NCBI RefSeq assembly: GCF_964194025.1
Contig: NC_134471.1
Location: 39,990,001 to 40,054,000 of the forward strand
Length of the DNA: 64,000 nt
Origin: Convolutriloba macropyga
Lineage: Eukaryota
Direction: 5' to 3'
Below the pieces are notes generated by a model. It was given only the letters and a program-made list of their open reading frames with translations, ran no database searches and was not told the origin of the DNA. The number at the start of each line of letters is the position of its first letter. Within the stretch, counting starts at the first letter, position 1. The translations under genes and the position numbers were made by a program. This document shows, one piece after another, positions 39,787-53,029 of the stretch.

Positions 39787-40494
39787 CCGTGAAATAATTC
39801 CGTGAAAAACTTTCAGGAATTGAAAACAAAGTAATCAACGAATCGGCTGCTAACAGATCACCAGAGTTCTCAGATAACTTACTTAAAAGGCGAACTGGGC
39901 AAAATACAATCGACCACAAAAAGAATCGACTTGCAAAAAGAATTCCTAGTCTTCATAAAATCGGAAATTTTCAAGAATGAGAGAATAACAAAACAATTTA
40001 TACAGTAAAATTAGAAGGAAGCGGTCTGATCAATAGATGAAAATTGTGACCTCTGGGACAAAAAAGGCTGAAATACATCCGGTATAAACACCCATTATCA
40101 AGAAGAAAAACCAAGAAAGGAAAATAATCATAGTACACTGATAAATAGCGGGTTGATCTAGTGACCAAATAAGGTTTGCTTTTACAAATTTCTTAGTCCT
40201 TCTCAAATAATACCACAAATAGTATGCATATGCACTTTCCTAAAGATGCAACCAAATTTCCCGATGTATGATAATCAATCAATACATGCTGAGAAGATTT
40301 TACATCAAAAAACCTTATTCTTATAATAGCTATCTAGATTCATCAATTCGAACCGAGTATTTTTTTAGGATCACTGATTGAAAATTAATTTATTTCAATC
40401 TAGTGACTTGGATCCGCTCTGATCCAACCAGTTGCTTAAAGTTTTTGGTATTCCTAATTAGGTTTACGGCTTTAGTTTGAACTGAAATCCTAAC

Positions 40495-42640
40495 ACCCCC
40501 TAAGATTCGAGCTAACTGCGCAGAGTCCGTTCCCTTCAAGACCGCTCTGATCTTTTCCAACTTCCATGCGGATAAACAATTCGTGAGGCTGATAGAACTC
40601 TGGTTAACCTCAAAAATTGCCATTGGTTGCTTCTTTGGGATCCCAAAACCCTCCAGATGTTGTTTTAGGTGCAGTGCGTCCTGAACTGCTTCTTCCATGC
40701 TCTGATAATCTACTTCTCACGAAGAAAAAGAAAGTGTGGCCTGCCTTTTCAAATCTGAGCTGAGTCCAGCGCCACGTCTGTTAAGCTTGAAGTTTTAACC
40801 AATTGTTGATTTTATGGCTTTCACATTTCAATACCAGTCTGCTTCGATGTCAATTTCCCCACTAAAATAAAACTGGACTCTCTAGTATAAGTACTTTCTA
40901 TCTGTTTCGAACCTTAGGTATATCGTAATAGACGTTTTACACTGACAGTACTGAATTTGAGAGCACTCGTGAAGAAAATATTAACTGTGAGCATGATATC
41001 CTGTGCTGACCCCGTTCTTCGTCTCCACTCTCTCCTGGCTGAAGTTTTATGTTCAAATCGGAATGAGGTTTTGTCTCTTTGTAACGCTGCTGCTGATCGG
41101 CTTTGACTTTGCTTTTTTTTCTCTTCTGATCTCAAGGCCCAGAGTAAAACGTAATCTCTGCCTGATTTCCATGATGAAGATTGTTTCTGGTAGATCAATG
41201 TCAAGGTTCTGAATTTTTCTATAATGTCGTCAAGCCAGAATAAAATGAATGGGTCACCATCTGTCTCGGCTCCTGCGTTCAAGCAACGATTGTTTCCCTA
41301 ATTTTGTGAAACCTCTTCCGAAAGAAAGTTCAACAATTTCTTGTATCGGTTGATAGCAGCCTGTTTCAAACCATAATTAATTTGACTATCTTAGTCATCA
41401 TGCTAACTTGCATTCATCTGATCCGAGCTTCACAATTCTGATTGGTTATTCCAGACACACCAAAGAATGTCAGAAAGCCGTCCTCAGATGGAACTGATGC
41501 ATCATACGGCCGCGCTTCGCTGATAGTTGAAGTGGAATCTCGGGCGTCTACTTCCATTTGTTTAAAACTTTTTGCCACATAAAGCGCCTAGTTTTTGTCG
41601 AATTGACCGCTGGGTCCTAGTTTCATTTTTAGACCCATTTGCCCAGGATTATGTCTCTGTCTGTGGGTGGTCTGACAAGATTACAAGTGTTGTTGTCTTG
41701 GATTTTTTTGAGATAGTCTTATTGCCGGGTTCCAGTATTTACCTTGTTTGGTTTCCTAGACCGTACTGCGTTCCACGCAATCACCTGCTATTAAGTCAGG
41801 ATGAGTTTTCACCTCTCCAAAAATTGCAGAGTATTGGTTGCTCCTGTACCTGTCTGGGATCTTCAATTTCCGCCTGCTCCTGTTCATTTTCTTTGACGCT
41901 GGCAGTCACTTTTTGTCGAATAGCTTTTGTGTCACTATCACATGGGGACCAGAAGTCCCTCTGACTCCCCTTCGTTGCAATCGGTTTTGGATTTAGTGGT
42001 GCTTCTTCATTATCCGAGGCATCTCATTCCAGCCTTGTTTCTTGAGTGTTCACGCTCTTTAAATCATCCAACTCGTCTTTTATTGCAGCAGTTTACGGTT
42101 CGTCTCTCTGTTTTGTCCTTCTCTGCAAGACCATCGCCTTTCGCCTGATTCCCAATTGTGTAGACCCCTCATTTAGAAGTTCAGGAGCGCGGTGTTGTCA
42201 GCGTTTAAGCCCACTTCACATTCCTTGATAAAAACTTTCCAATGGAAACCTTCCTTGGACTCGAATGATTTTGGTAAGAACACGAGAAAACCGCTGTCAA
42301 ACTCTGTGTAACTCAAAAACTTTCCTTCCAATGCTTTGGGTTCAAGTTTAATGACTATGTCCACCTTTTCTGTGTTGAAACTTTTCTTCGTAACAGAAAC
42401 TTCATGTGTAATTGGCAGAACATTGTGCACCAAGGCTTTAAAGGGGGTCTCTGAGTTTGCGTCGCTTGCGTAGTGAAGCCTTTTGACCACTTCCTGTCCT
42501 CTGGTGAAAAAGCTGTCCAGATCCTCAGATATCCCGATCTGCTGTTGAAACAGCTGGTTGGAGGTCCTTGCTCCTCTTGTACACGTCAACATCTTTACTG
42601 TCTGTTGGTCTATTGTGATATCAACGAGCAATAGTTTTTG
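40495..42640 (-). mobile_element. Highly decayed Ty1/Copia retrotransposon remnant
   Basis: Post-integrase KLEPKALEGKFLSY; RT FILFWLDDII and QDIMLTVNI...KRLLRY; RNase H EEAVQDALHLK...IFEVNQSSI; AGGGGG PPT followed by TGTTAG at 40495. Order IN-RT-RH is Copia-type. Confidence 0.75.
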
Positions 42641-45069
42641 ATAACAAAGAAACTAAGCAGGAAAGGGCTATGACTGTCAGATAACAGTCATAGTGAGTTT
42701 GCTTTACATTTCTTTTTTGACTTTTTAGGCACAAAACCTGTTGGAATATGAGTTTTCGCTGGCGGAGTAAAAGCGTCTTACCTAAGTTAGGGAAAAGAGT
42801 ATTTCAGGAATGAAATAACAAACACAAATTATAAAATGAAATTCATAGAGGATAGATCTGATCAATAGATAAAGATGCTCACTTCAGGACGCTCTCTTTC
42901 TAACGCCTTTTTGTGTCTTCTTGACATGGGAGATCAATGTCATGCTTCTGGATCCTACTATTAAGTCGTCAAACCAGACTCTAGAAGTTTTTAAGGACGA
43001 AACAGAAGCAACTATGTTTATGCTGAGTTTGCGAAAATATCAACTGAAATAAGACGTATTAGGGAAAGAACAGCCTTTCTATTACTGTTAACTTTTTCAA
43101 GTTTCCGTTGCCAAAACAACTATTTGTAATCAGTTTTCATCTGAGTAGGCATATATAGATTTAAAAAATCCAGTTGACAAAATAGAACAACAGAAATAAC
43201 AACAAAAACTTCAGAAACGATAAAAACAACCAACTGCAAGACAACAACGACAGCAGACACCAGCTTCTTTTCTATAAGTATCTGAATTTTTGCTAAAACA
43301 AACTTAATTATGAGCCTAATACGTTTTTGCATTAACTGACTGGTTTTTGTGTTCCATCCTGAAATATTTTTGAGCAGCAAGTAGTTATTGCTCTGTCTTG
43401 TTTTAAAAGTATTCCGGAGTGGAAAGTTTTCGATTTGGAAAGTTTTCGGTCCTGACCCAGCAGCCGTTGCAGTTACTGCAATTTGTAACCAAAAGTGCTC
43501 TTTCATGTCAATTGACGTGTTGCTCTTATTATAGAGTTTGCTCGTCGAATGGAATTGAGCAAAATCCTACATAATTTTCAGCAAAATTTAACATAGTTTT
43601 CAGCAAAGCCTTCCTTTCCGGAGTCTTTATCGCAAGATTCCAGACGGTTTTTGTAAGACTCTTGGAAGAAAATTGTCGAAACTTGACTAGCAGTAAAAAT
43701 ATTTGATGAAAAAATTTAAAAAAAAAACAGCTAAGAGAAGGATATACTTTTTAGCGTGTTGTTTTTGTAAAATTTGGCAATTTAATCCAAAGTTGTTCAA
43801 AAAAAGTCAACTTTGCATTCATGCGAAGTATGTGCAGTGAAGATGCTTTGTTGTAAGGGGTTGGTTTTTGGGTTGCAGTTTAAAATATTACGGACCGTCC
43901 TAAAGGTCAGCTGAACGCTTTCGTTGCCCGGACCTGTGTGTCATAACATTTCAGTAATGAATCATAGAAATTCCATTATTAATTTTACCATGGCCAGAGT
44001 TCTGATCATGGCTTTTTATAAACATTTCATGGTAAAATTCATAGTAAAATCCTGGACTTATTATGAACATAATGAGTCATAATTCTGAATTCAATGAACA
44101 TTGAACTTTTTTCTGTTTTTGGACTGAACAGAGTGGAAAAATCGTTATCTGCCAGAACTTTCGGAAAAACCATAGGTAAAGAATTGATTCAGCAAAATGA
44201 TGGCTAAATAAAAGAAACACACATAATGCACGAAGTTTTCAATACTCGTCGAAAACTGTCGACATTAGTTAAATCAACAACACCTTTGGCTAGCAAGAAG
44301 TTTGCATTAAGAAAAGATTTTAGCCGTCATTACTGGCACAGACGTTTTCAAAACTCATCACTTTCTTTGGCCAAATCTCATTTTTTGTCGAATGTAACTT
44401 GAAGAGGCTAAGAAATGAAAGAGAAAAGATGTATATAATATCGTGGACTATGAGAAATTTTAAGCTTAAAAAATTCTACCATAAATTAATCTAGTTTTGT
44501 GGAGATTTTGTTAATTTGAGCAGTGCTAATCAAAGTTTCGAAATTTTCGAAAAACCGTGAGATTAACTGAACTTAAATGAAATAGATTTTTTTTCAAATT
44601 GAACTCGATGTATTCACTTGGAACATATTTTAGTACATAAAATATCAATGTCGAATAATGTTTGATCAATCGAGCCGTTTCTAGAGGTTATTCAACAACT
44701 ATAGTGAATAATGTCCACATAATGACAAAAGCTCTTCGGACGATTGCCGAAAAAATTGTGACTAACTTTGCGTCCGTAAAAGGAACAAAAGTTCAACATG
44801 TTTGTGACTAAATACACGATCACGCACGCGAATATGAAGTCATAGAGCATTCTACTAATCTGAATCTACGTTGAAGCGATAAACTTGTGCGTTATTTTCA
44901 ATTCAAAAGTTAAAAAGCTACAAGCAGTTCTGAAGAATCATTCGTTCACTTCGATTTCTGCCCCAATCAAATCTCAGGTTTGGAGTTAATTGGTGTGGTG
45001 CACTAAAACAACCGGATTTGTTAGAATAATCATTTGCAGATTCTACTTTTTTAATAGAGTTATTTTGCA

Positions 45070-45223
45070 ATGAAATCGTACACAGTTTATCTAAACACAA
45101 TTGCCATCATGTTGACGGTTGCGGAAAATTACGGCATATTTGTTGGAAACGAAACTGAAGATTGCATCACTGGCCGAGCAACTGCTGGTCATATTCTCTA
45201 CCCAGGTGGACAATGTGAACTAG
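45070..45223 (+). CDS. Paralog B exon 1 (putative signal peptide)
   Basis: MKSYTVYLNTIAIMLTVA...DCITGR..GHILYPGGQCEL|G with a phase-1 GTAAAG donor. Confidence 0.82.
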
Positions 45224-45499
45224 GTAAAGTGCACAATTTGGTAAAATACTTCGGATTAATATTAAACAAAGTTATAGTTACAAATCGACGCCAATATGGG
45301 CACGAAATCACTGTTTCCACTTCTTCAATCTGTCTGTCTTTAACATTTGACAGTAAATGGAAAACAAGGAGGCTCGTTAATGTGCGTTCACACATGATAT
45401 TCCGACCCGAGCTCATCTACATTTTTAACTTAATTGTCAATCAAATGAAGAGATAGCAAAAATAGATGTTTGAGGTTAAAAAATCGTTACACAACCTTA

Positions 45500-48394
45500 C
45501 TACTAACTGAAAAATATAATGCCATGCCTCATTACAACACCAAGGAGATCTGCCATTAAAAAAACTACGAGCAAAAAAACAAACAAAAAAATAGGCAAAA
45601 ACAAAATTTCACGACAAAAACTCAATATCTAAATTTGAAAGCACCTAGTAACAACGTCAAAAAGCAGTCAGATAAAACCGTGACTACACAAATCTACTTT
45701 TTCCTAAATTTACAGCAGATGTACATTTTTCTTAATGAGACTAGGTAACAAGTCGAAAAAGAGAACGAATAAGGAGGCGAAATTCAAAAAATAATCAGCA
45801 TTTTTTAAAAAGAAATTTCAAAAAACATAAAAATCGTTAGCTTTTAACGAAATAATCCATGATAAAATTACTTAAAAGTAAATCCGAAACCAATAGGACC
45901 TGTCCTCGGTTAGAATTAGCCATAGAAAAGGACTAAAGATGCAGAATAAAAGAAAATTACAAACGATTTGCGAAAACATAAATTTTTGATACCATTAAAA
46001 CCATTATCTGTTATCTGAATATTGTATTCTTAATTCAATTGTTATTTATAGTAATTCCGTAAAAAACCTTTACTTAGAGAGATTAAATGAGCTTACTTGG
46101 GTCACATTTGAAAACCATTGAGATCTGTTATTACGCGATTGTGCTGAAAGAAGAGAAAAAGAAACACAAAAATTGACAACTCAAAAAACGTTTTTGAAAA
46201 CGCATTTTGTCAAACAAACAAAACATCAGTAATGACACAATATCAGAAAATATGTTTTTGTTTGAAATACAAGAAATTGGATGGGATCTCTCAATGATGA
46301 AATAAGTTACAAGTTGACAAAAAAACAAAAAAACTGAAAAGTTTGAAAAATCTTTGAAAATGTATAATCTCATAAACTTAAAGACAATTCGATATAAACT
46401 GTATACTACGGTTAATATCATTCATTCAATCTTCAATTACATAGCTAAAAAACCGGTCAGCAATTTACTGCTACCTAAAGAACAACAAAAAGAAACTCTT
46501 TTTTAACAATATGACTTCAGAAAATGAACAAATATGAACAAATACATTAGAACCACCAAAGTTTTGAGGAAACTCGTAGTATCAACGCCATTACATTCAA
46601 TAGCTTTCAACGGAAGCCAGTAAATACGCTCAATGATGCCTCGATGGGACTACAGGGACTTTTTCATACATAAATTACCAATAAGACATTACAACAAGTC
46701 GTTAACTATGAAAACAACAACAAAAACAGGCAAAAACAAAAATTCAGTAGAAAAGTCCGAAAAAGTGTCAAACTGATTTAAAACATCTGCGATTCTCTGG
46801 AAACTCTATCAATGATCCCTTGAACGCCTTCCCTAAGATAATGGGAACTCTCAGTATTAGGATAATGTGATAAGATTTCAAAAGGAACCAAAAATACGAA
46901 AAAAGTGTCCAAAAATTTTAAAAAATTTTATGAAAACTCGTAGCATTGAAATCGTAAAACTAATAGGTAGAAGATGAAATGGCTAACCAGATTACTTTTT
47001 CGTTGCAGTATAAAGGGGGTCACGTCAATACTGAGATTGATTAACAGTTCACGAAAAAATTTTACGATTTATTAATGTTCAAAAAAACTTTCGAAAAACT
47101 ATTTTTAAAACCTCAACAGCCATTAAAATATATAGCTTTGAACAGAAGTAAAAAAACGCTCAAAAATGCCTTGATGGGAAGCCAATGATGTTCATCATGC
47201 ATAGGTAATCAGTAAGACATCACAATAAGTCTTATGACTATGACAACAACAACAAAAACACGCAAAAACAAAAAGTTCAGAAGAAAAGTGCGAGAAGAAA
47301 GTGTCGAAGCCCCCTAAAACATAAGTTTTTCTCAAAAAACTTAAGATATCATCCATTGAATGTCTTATCTAAGCCAATGGGAGCTGTCGATTTTAGGATA
47401 ATGCGATAACATTTCAAATGGAAGCAATAATGCGAAAATAACCAAAATTTATTTGAAATCTTGTAGCATTGAAGTCATATAACCAGTAGTTGGAAGATAA
47501 AATCGCTAAACAGAATTTTTTTGCTTGCTATAGGAAGGAGTGGGGTCCTGTTATCACAGAGACTAACTTACAGTCCACGAAATTAGGTTTATGATTTGTT
47601 AATGAAAAAAAAAATTCAAAAATTCATTTTGTAAGTCTTAACAGTAACAGTCACTAGCTGTCCAACCAAAGCACCAGATAGGTTCAATTAATGGTCAATA
47701 TGGACTATTTTACACTTTTGGTCAACGAATCTATGCCGGAGGACTCCAAAAGTTTAGTAAAACCTTAAAAAGAAAATCAAAATTTCAAAATTTGAATTAA
47801 CGAAAACTGAGAGTCGAATCCAATTAAAATGAGCGATTCCTTTACAACTATACTTTTGTGCTTCATTTTACAGTAAATGAAGTTTTTTATAAAGGGAACC
47901 TCGATATGAAAAGTGACTAGTCTCTAGCTGACTTAAAAATTTAAAAAATGAAAACTTTTCTAAAAAAAAAGAGCTCTCAAATAGAATTCGATTTTTTTGA
48001 CAGAGAACTTCACTAGGAGACCAGAACTGGTCTTTTTATCATCTTTAGCCTATTAGGAAGACAGAATTGATTCATTTTGTGGCGTGAAATGTAATTTTGG
48101 AATATTAGTCCTATAGAAAATATCTTAATTTGAAGAAAAATTACACTAAAAATGAACAAAATCATGCCAAACATCCTGTGTTCACACAAAACTTCAATCC
48201 TCGATAACTGCTCGAAAAAAAAGAAATTCGAAAAAATCATTTTAATTTTGAATTCTACGCTGGACGGGCTTTTTAATGACACCACTCACATTTCTCCCAG
48301 TTCTCTACGAATATATCGATCGGCCAAAATTGTCTGAACAACAAAACCCCATTTGAGTATATAGTTCCTCCCCTCACAAGTGGGGTCGGAACAA
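45500..48394 (-). mobile_element. Helentron/DINE-1-like element H3 (same 5' end, divergent interior) in intron 1 of paralog B
   Basis: About 200 bp ending GGGGTCGGAAC (48382-48392) match the family 5' end. The interior has a degenerate ~533-bp duplication (~46570-47640). The 3' hairpin end was not found, so the left boundary is approximate. Confidence 0.55.
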
Positions 48395-48956
48395 AAATGC
48401 TATTCTAGGATGATTGCAATTGTTTTTTCAGCGGAAGGTCCTCATTGGAAGATGAAAGCGTATAAGGTATAATTTAGGTGTGCCTTGTATTCTTAAAAAC
48501 GGAGAACAACTGTGACAGTTCTCTGGACAAATACAAAACTTGCCTGCAAGCTATATGTATGACGCTTCTATTAACATTCAGAACTTAGTAGAGTGTTTCT
48601 TAGAATATTTCTTACAAAATGTTTCTCAAAAGAGAATATTAAGAGAAAAACCTCATTCATTTGTTCACATAGAATCCTTAAAACATGAAGCAGCACCCCC
48701 CCCCCCCCTCCAAAAAAAAAATTATGTCAAACTCAATTAACTTTAAGCGTTGTTTTCTGACAATCTATTTCTGACAATCTATCGTCAAATTGGTGTTTAT
48801 TTTCGTGCGGTTGTCCTTCATGAGAAGTTTATGCTGCGTGTATGTGCTAGTGTATAGGGGGGGGGGGGGGGAGAGATATTGGAGTTTGTTTGCCAGATCG
48901 CTGTGAGTATAGATCACAACCTAGAATTGTTTCAGTCAGTTATGCTTTTGCAATAG

Positions 48957-49092
48957 GTTACGTGGGCGACAAGTGCAAGGCAAGTGAAGCATATGCCAAA
49001 CTGGGACCCCCACCGACCCTCATCAGAGGGCCCCTCAACGTGACCAAAAAGATAGACGCCAATTTAATATGCATTAATCACATCCTGACCCG
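48957..49092 (+). CDS. Paralog B exon 2
   Basis: ATAG acceptor. GYVGDKCK...LGPPP...LNVT...NLICI. Phase-2 donor GTCTGT (weak) at the position homologous to paralog A. Confidence 0.83.
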
Positions 49093-49312
49093 GTCTGTAC
49101 ATTCGATTGTTCTGACCGTGAATTACGCAAACAAACTACAAACACATATTTAATTATTTGTCGTAAGAGCGTCCGAATTTATGATAATAATCGAAAGAGC
49201 GTTAGGCTGAACTTCTGTTAATTAACAGGAATCAGCGAAAAACTAATGTTTCATTCGATATTTCCATCCCGATACGATATCCCTCCCCGATACGACAATT
49301 GAAATGGATTTT

Positions 49313-52011
49313 TGTTCCGACCCTCTTGAGGGGGGAGGAACTATATACTCAACTGGGTTTTTTTTGTTCCGTGAATTTTCGCCGCTCGATATATTCATCG
49401 TAGAGAGTTGAGACTGGTATCATTTGAAAGCTCATCCAGCGTAGAATATGGAATTAAAAAGACTTTTTTAATTTTCGATTTCTACGTTATCTAGAATTAT
49501 CTAGAGTTATCTAGAGTTATCGATTTCTAGAGTTATCGAGGTTTAAAGTTCTGAGAAAAGAAGAGTGAATTCACGTTGTTTTTATTCACATTTTCCGGAA
49601 TTTTTGCCTAAATTTTCGTCAATTTTGCTAAAATTTGTTATAATTTTTAAGAATAGTGTCGTTGATTTTATTTTTGAAGAAGAACAAGCATTGTTGATTG
49701 TTTTGATTTAATTTTTTTGGTCAAAAAATCTGGATAAACATTTCAAAATTTAGACTTTTTCATCAAAAACAGCACGAAATAAGCTAATTTAGTCCACTTT
49801 GATTAAATTTGCCGACAGTACATCCCCAAACAACACTCAAAAAATCTTTGTAGACTCAGAGGGGGGCTATTTCTACTTCAGAGTCCGCTGAGAGTGCACT
49901 GTAGTTAAAACCTTGCCGTTTTTTGCCAACTTTACTCGTTGATTATCAAAAATGCAGAATTTATTTTGAGTTTTCAACTAACAAATTATCTATATCTACA
50001 ACATTCGAAAAATCAGTTATTCCTAAGGGACAATAAGTATTATTAGGGCTTGTTTTTGGCCATTCTAGGACTGTTACAATCCAAAAAAATCGGGTTTTAA
50101 TCAGTCGGTCTTTTTTTAAAAAAAAAAAGACTTTTTTTTAATAATAAAAAACAGAACATATCAAATCAAAGCTCAGGAGTGATAGGTCCAACCGATTTGC
50201 TTGCTAGGCAGCTCCAAGCTAATGCATTTAATTTCTTAATTGAAAGTTTATGGTCGTTTCTTTTTTAAAAAATAACTGACCTTTCAATAAATAATGGCTT
50301 AATTAACTTTTCCTCTACTTTTTTTCTTAATTTGTACAACTTCCAGCTTAATGTCAGCAAAAAAAACGACCGCTTCTTCTTTCTACTTATTTAACATTTA
50401 TTCTCAGTTGCAGTTTTAAGCCTGAAATTATTGTTTTCTGGCTTTGATACCACAAGATTTCAGATTTTTTTTGTTTTGATGTTTGCCAGTTTTTCACGTT
50501 TTCTATTTTTGTCACATTATCACACTTTTGACGGTTCTCATGTCACCTCATTAGCATTCAGAATAAGGCACAATTGAACATATTAAAATTCTGAAAGATA
50601 TACATCATCGTTTTAACGGCCTCGACGCCTCTTTCTTGAAGAAATCAGTTGAATTTTTTAATTTTGTCTCTAACTGTCATTTATACTTTGTCATTTCGGT
50701 CGTATGAAATTTTCTGTATAGTGATAGCTTTCATTGGCTTTTCATAGAAGAGTAGAAGAACCGATATTCTGATATTAGTAGATAGCTGATGGCTTTCATG
50801 ACGATCAAAACAATCGTTTTCCAAAATTTAAAAAAAAAATTTTTTCAACTTCGCAATTCTGTTCTTTTTATGTTTCTTTTTGTTACCTAATCTCGTTAGT
50901 TAACTACAGGTGAAATATAACATTATGGGTGTCAAAGGAAAAAGAGGGATTGGGGTCCCAAAATCTTTTAAAGAATTTGTTATGACCTTACTGGCTTCGA
51001 CACCGTTTTTTCACAAAAAAAAAGTAAACTAATGTGATTTTTGTCATATTTGACGTTCTTTTTGTAGATGCAAGAAATATTCTGGATAACTACAGGTCTC
51101 GAGGGCTTTTTTCGAATAAACGACCCTATTTAAATAGCTCTTTTTGTTATTAATGCCTTTCATGACATAAATGTAATTTTGTTTCGAAAAAAAATTACAT
51201 ACTTTAGCACTTCGCTTTTTTGTCTGCTTGTTACCTAGTCTTTCTAATGAATAGCCACGTACTAAATTATAGCTGTTTGAAGAAGGCGCAATCAAATGTT
51301 TTTTGAGTGCCAAAAATTAGCTTGACGGTTTTGACAGCGTTTTCTGGCAAGTTTCAATTGAAATTTTGTTTGTTCTTTGTTGTTCTTTTTAGCCGCTTTA
51401 AAAAATGAATAAAGACAGGTCCTAATGCCCTTCTATAGAAGTAGTGGAAATCGTAAATTTGTGGTAATATTAATTGATTCCTAATGGTATTTATTACTTT
51501 GAAGTTAACTGTTTCAAAAAAAAGGGTTAATTTTTTTACTTTACTGTTTTTGTTCTTTCTTGTATAATTGTTACCAAACCTTTTTATGGACTGGTCGCAT
51601 ATGTTTTCTGGGGATTTATAAGTTATTTTTGTTTAGTATTGGGTTTATCTGACGGTATGTTTATTTTGTTATTAAATTTAGTTTTTAAGAGGGACATAAA
51701 TTTTTTGATGTAATTAATGTTTGTTGTTGTTGTTGTTTGATTTTGCTTTTCGTCTTGACTCGCTTTCTTAATATTGACATATTACAGCAATCTAATGCAT
51801 CAACTTTTACTCCACTGAGTTATTTGCTTTGGAGGCTATCTTATCGTTGATACAGAATTTTTTGAAAAATATTTGGGCTTTTTTGGGAATCGCAAAAAAT
51901 AATTTTTGGGTTCTTCTATCTGTTCCTCATTTGGTAGACAATTATGCCAAATTTGTGGATGGGCGGGGTCGGAACCTTATGTGCCATCGCACATTACCGA
52001 GCCGCCTTGTT
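49313..52011 (+). mobile_element. Helentron/DINE-1-like element copy H4 in intron 2 of paralog B
   Basis: GTTCCGACCCCTCTTGAGGGGGGAGGAAC 5' hairpin; GGGGTCGGAAC (51965-51975), ATGTGCCATCGCACAT hairpin, terminal CCGAGCCGCCTTGTT. Local TTATCTAGAG microrepeat at ~49487-49520. Confidence 0.8.
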
Positions 52012-52053
52012 TGTTAAACATTGATTGACTAAAAAATTATTTTGATTTTTTAG

Positions 52054-52262
52054 AGTAGGAGAGTACATTCTTGCTCTGATGGGATTTCATATAGAGCTGA
52101 TCGTAGAAACAAAAAATCACATGAACGAATTTGAAGAGATTAATCGATTTCAACAAATTGAGTTTATTTTCAATGACACAGAAAGGCCGAGAACACCTGA
52201 AGACTTGAAGAAGACAACTATCTGTGTGCCCGCCGGTGTAGACTTACTGCCTCTAGCTACAA
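52054..52262 (+). CDS. Paralog B exon 3
   Basis: TTTTTAG acceptor, GTAAGC donor. VGEYILAL...FNDTERPRTPEDL..TTICV. Confidence 0.87.
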
Positions 52263-52640
52263 GTAAGCTCACATTTTGACATGTATCTGTTTCCAAAAAT
52301 AGCGATAGTCAGGACCAATCAGTATACCTGATTCAAAGAGTCAGGGATAAAGACCACTCGTTCGACCCCTCTTTTCTCACTACCCCTGTTCATGTACCAA
52401 CAGTGACGAGATAAAAGAGTGGCACTACAAATATTACAACGGTTGCTATCGCGGATCTATAGTGTACTTATATCGCAGCTTAGTGTACTTATATCGGGTC
52501 TTTCCCATTATAGCCCCCCCCATGAAATTATAGCCCCCCATTATGGTATAGCCCCCCCCCCCCCCCCCCCCCGCGCCGTATTGAAGATGTCGATTACGGC
52601 TGGTGTCATTCAACCAAAATACAATGATTGCTACTTTCAG

Positions 52641-53029
52641 GCCTCACGACGCAAGTTTCAATGTGGATAACGTCTCTTCCAGCGGTTGCAACAATTCCAC
52701 CTGTTAAACCCATTCAGTATAGCTCACCAGTTGCAAACATTCCAAACGCTACCATAATGATCGACAAATGCATACCTGCACCCTCGACCGTACTTTACAA
52801 ACTACCCGCTCGTGATAACATTTCATCAACCGAAAATCCTGACGACAAGTACACTGGAAATGAGTTACCGTTCATCCTTTACATTGGGTTCTTTGCCCCA
52901 ATTATGTTTATTGTATGTGTTGCTAGTGTCTACAATCGGAACAAGCGTTCTTCGACTAACAGAGGGAGAGCTAACTCAGCACTTCAAGTTAGAATGAACG
53001 AACTCGAAGAGATCGAAGAATTTGATTGA
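52641..53029 (+). CDS. Paralog B exon 4 (stalk, TM, tail)
   Basis: TTTCAG acceptor. TM LPFILYIGFFAPIMFIVCVASVY. Stop at 53027-53029. Confidence 0.87.
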
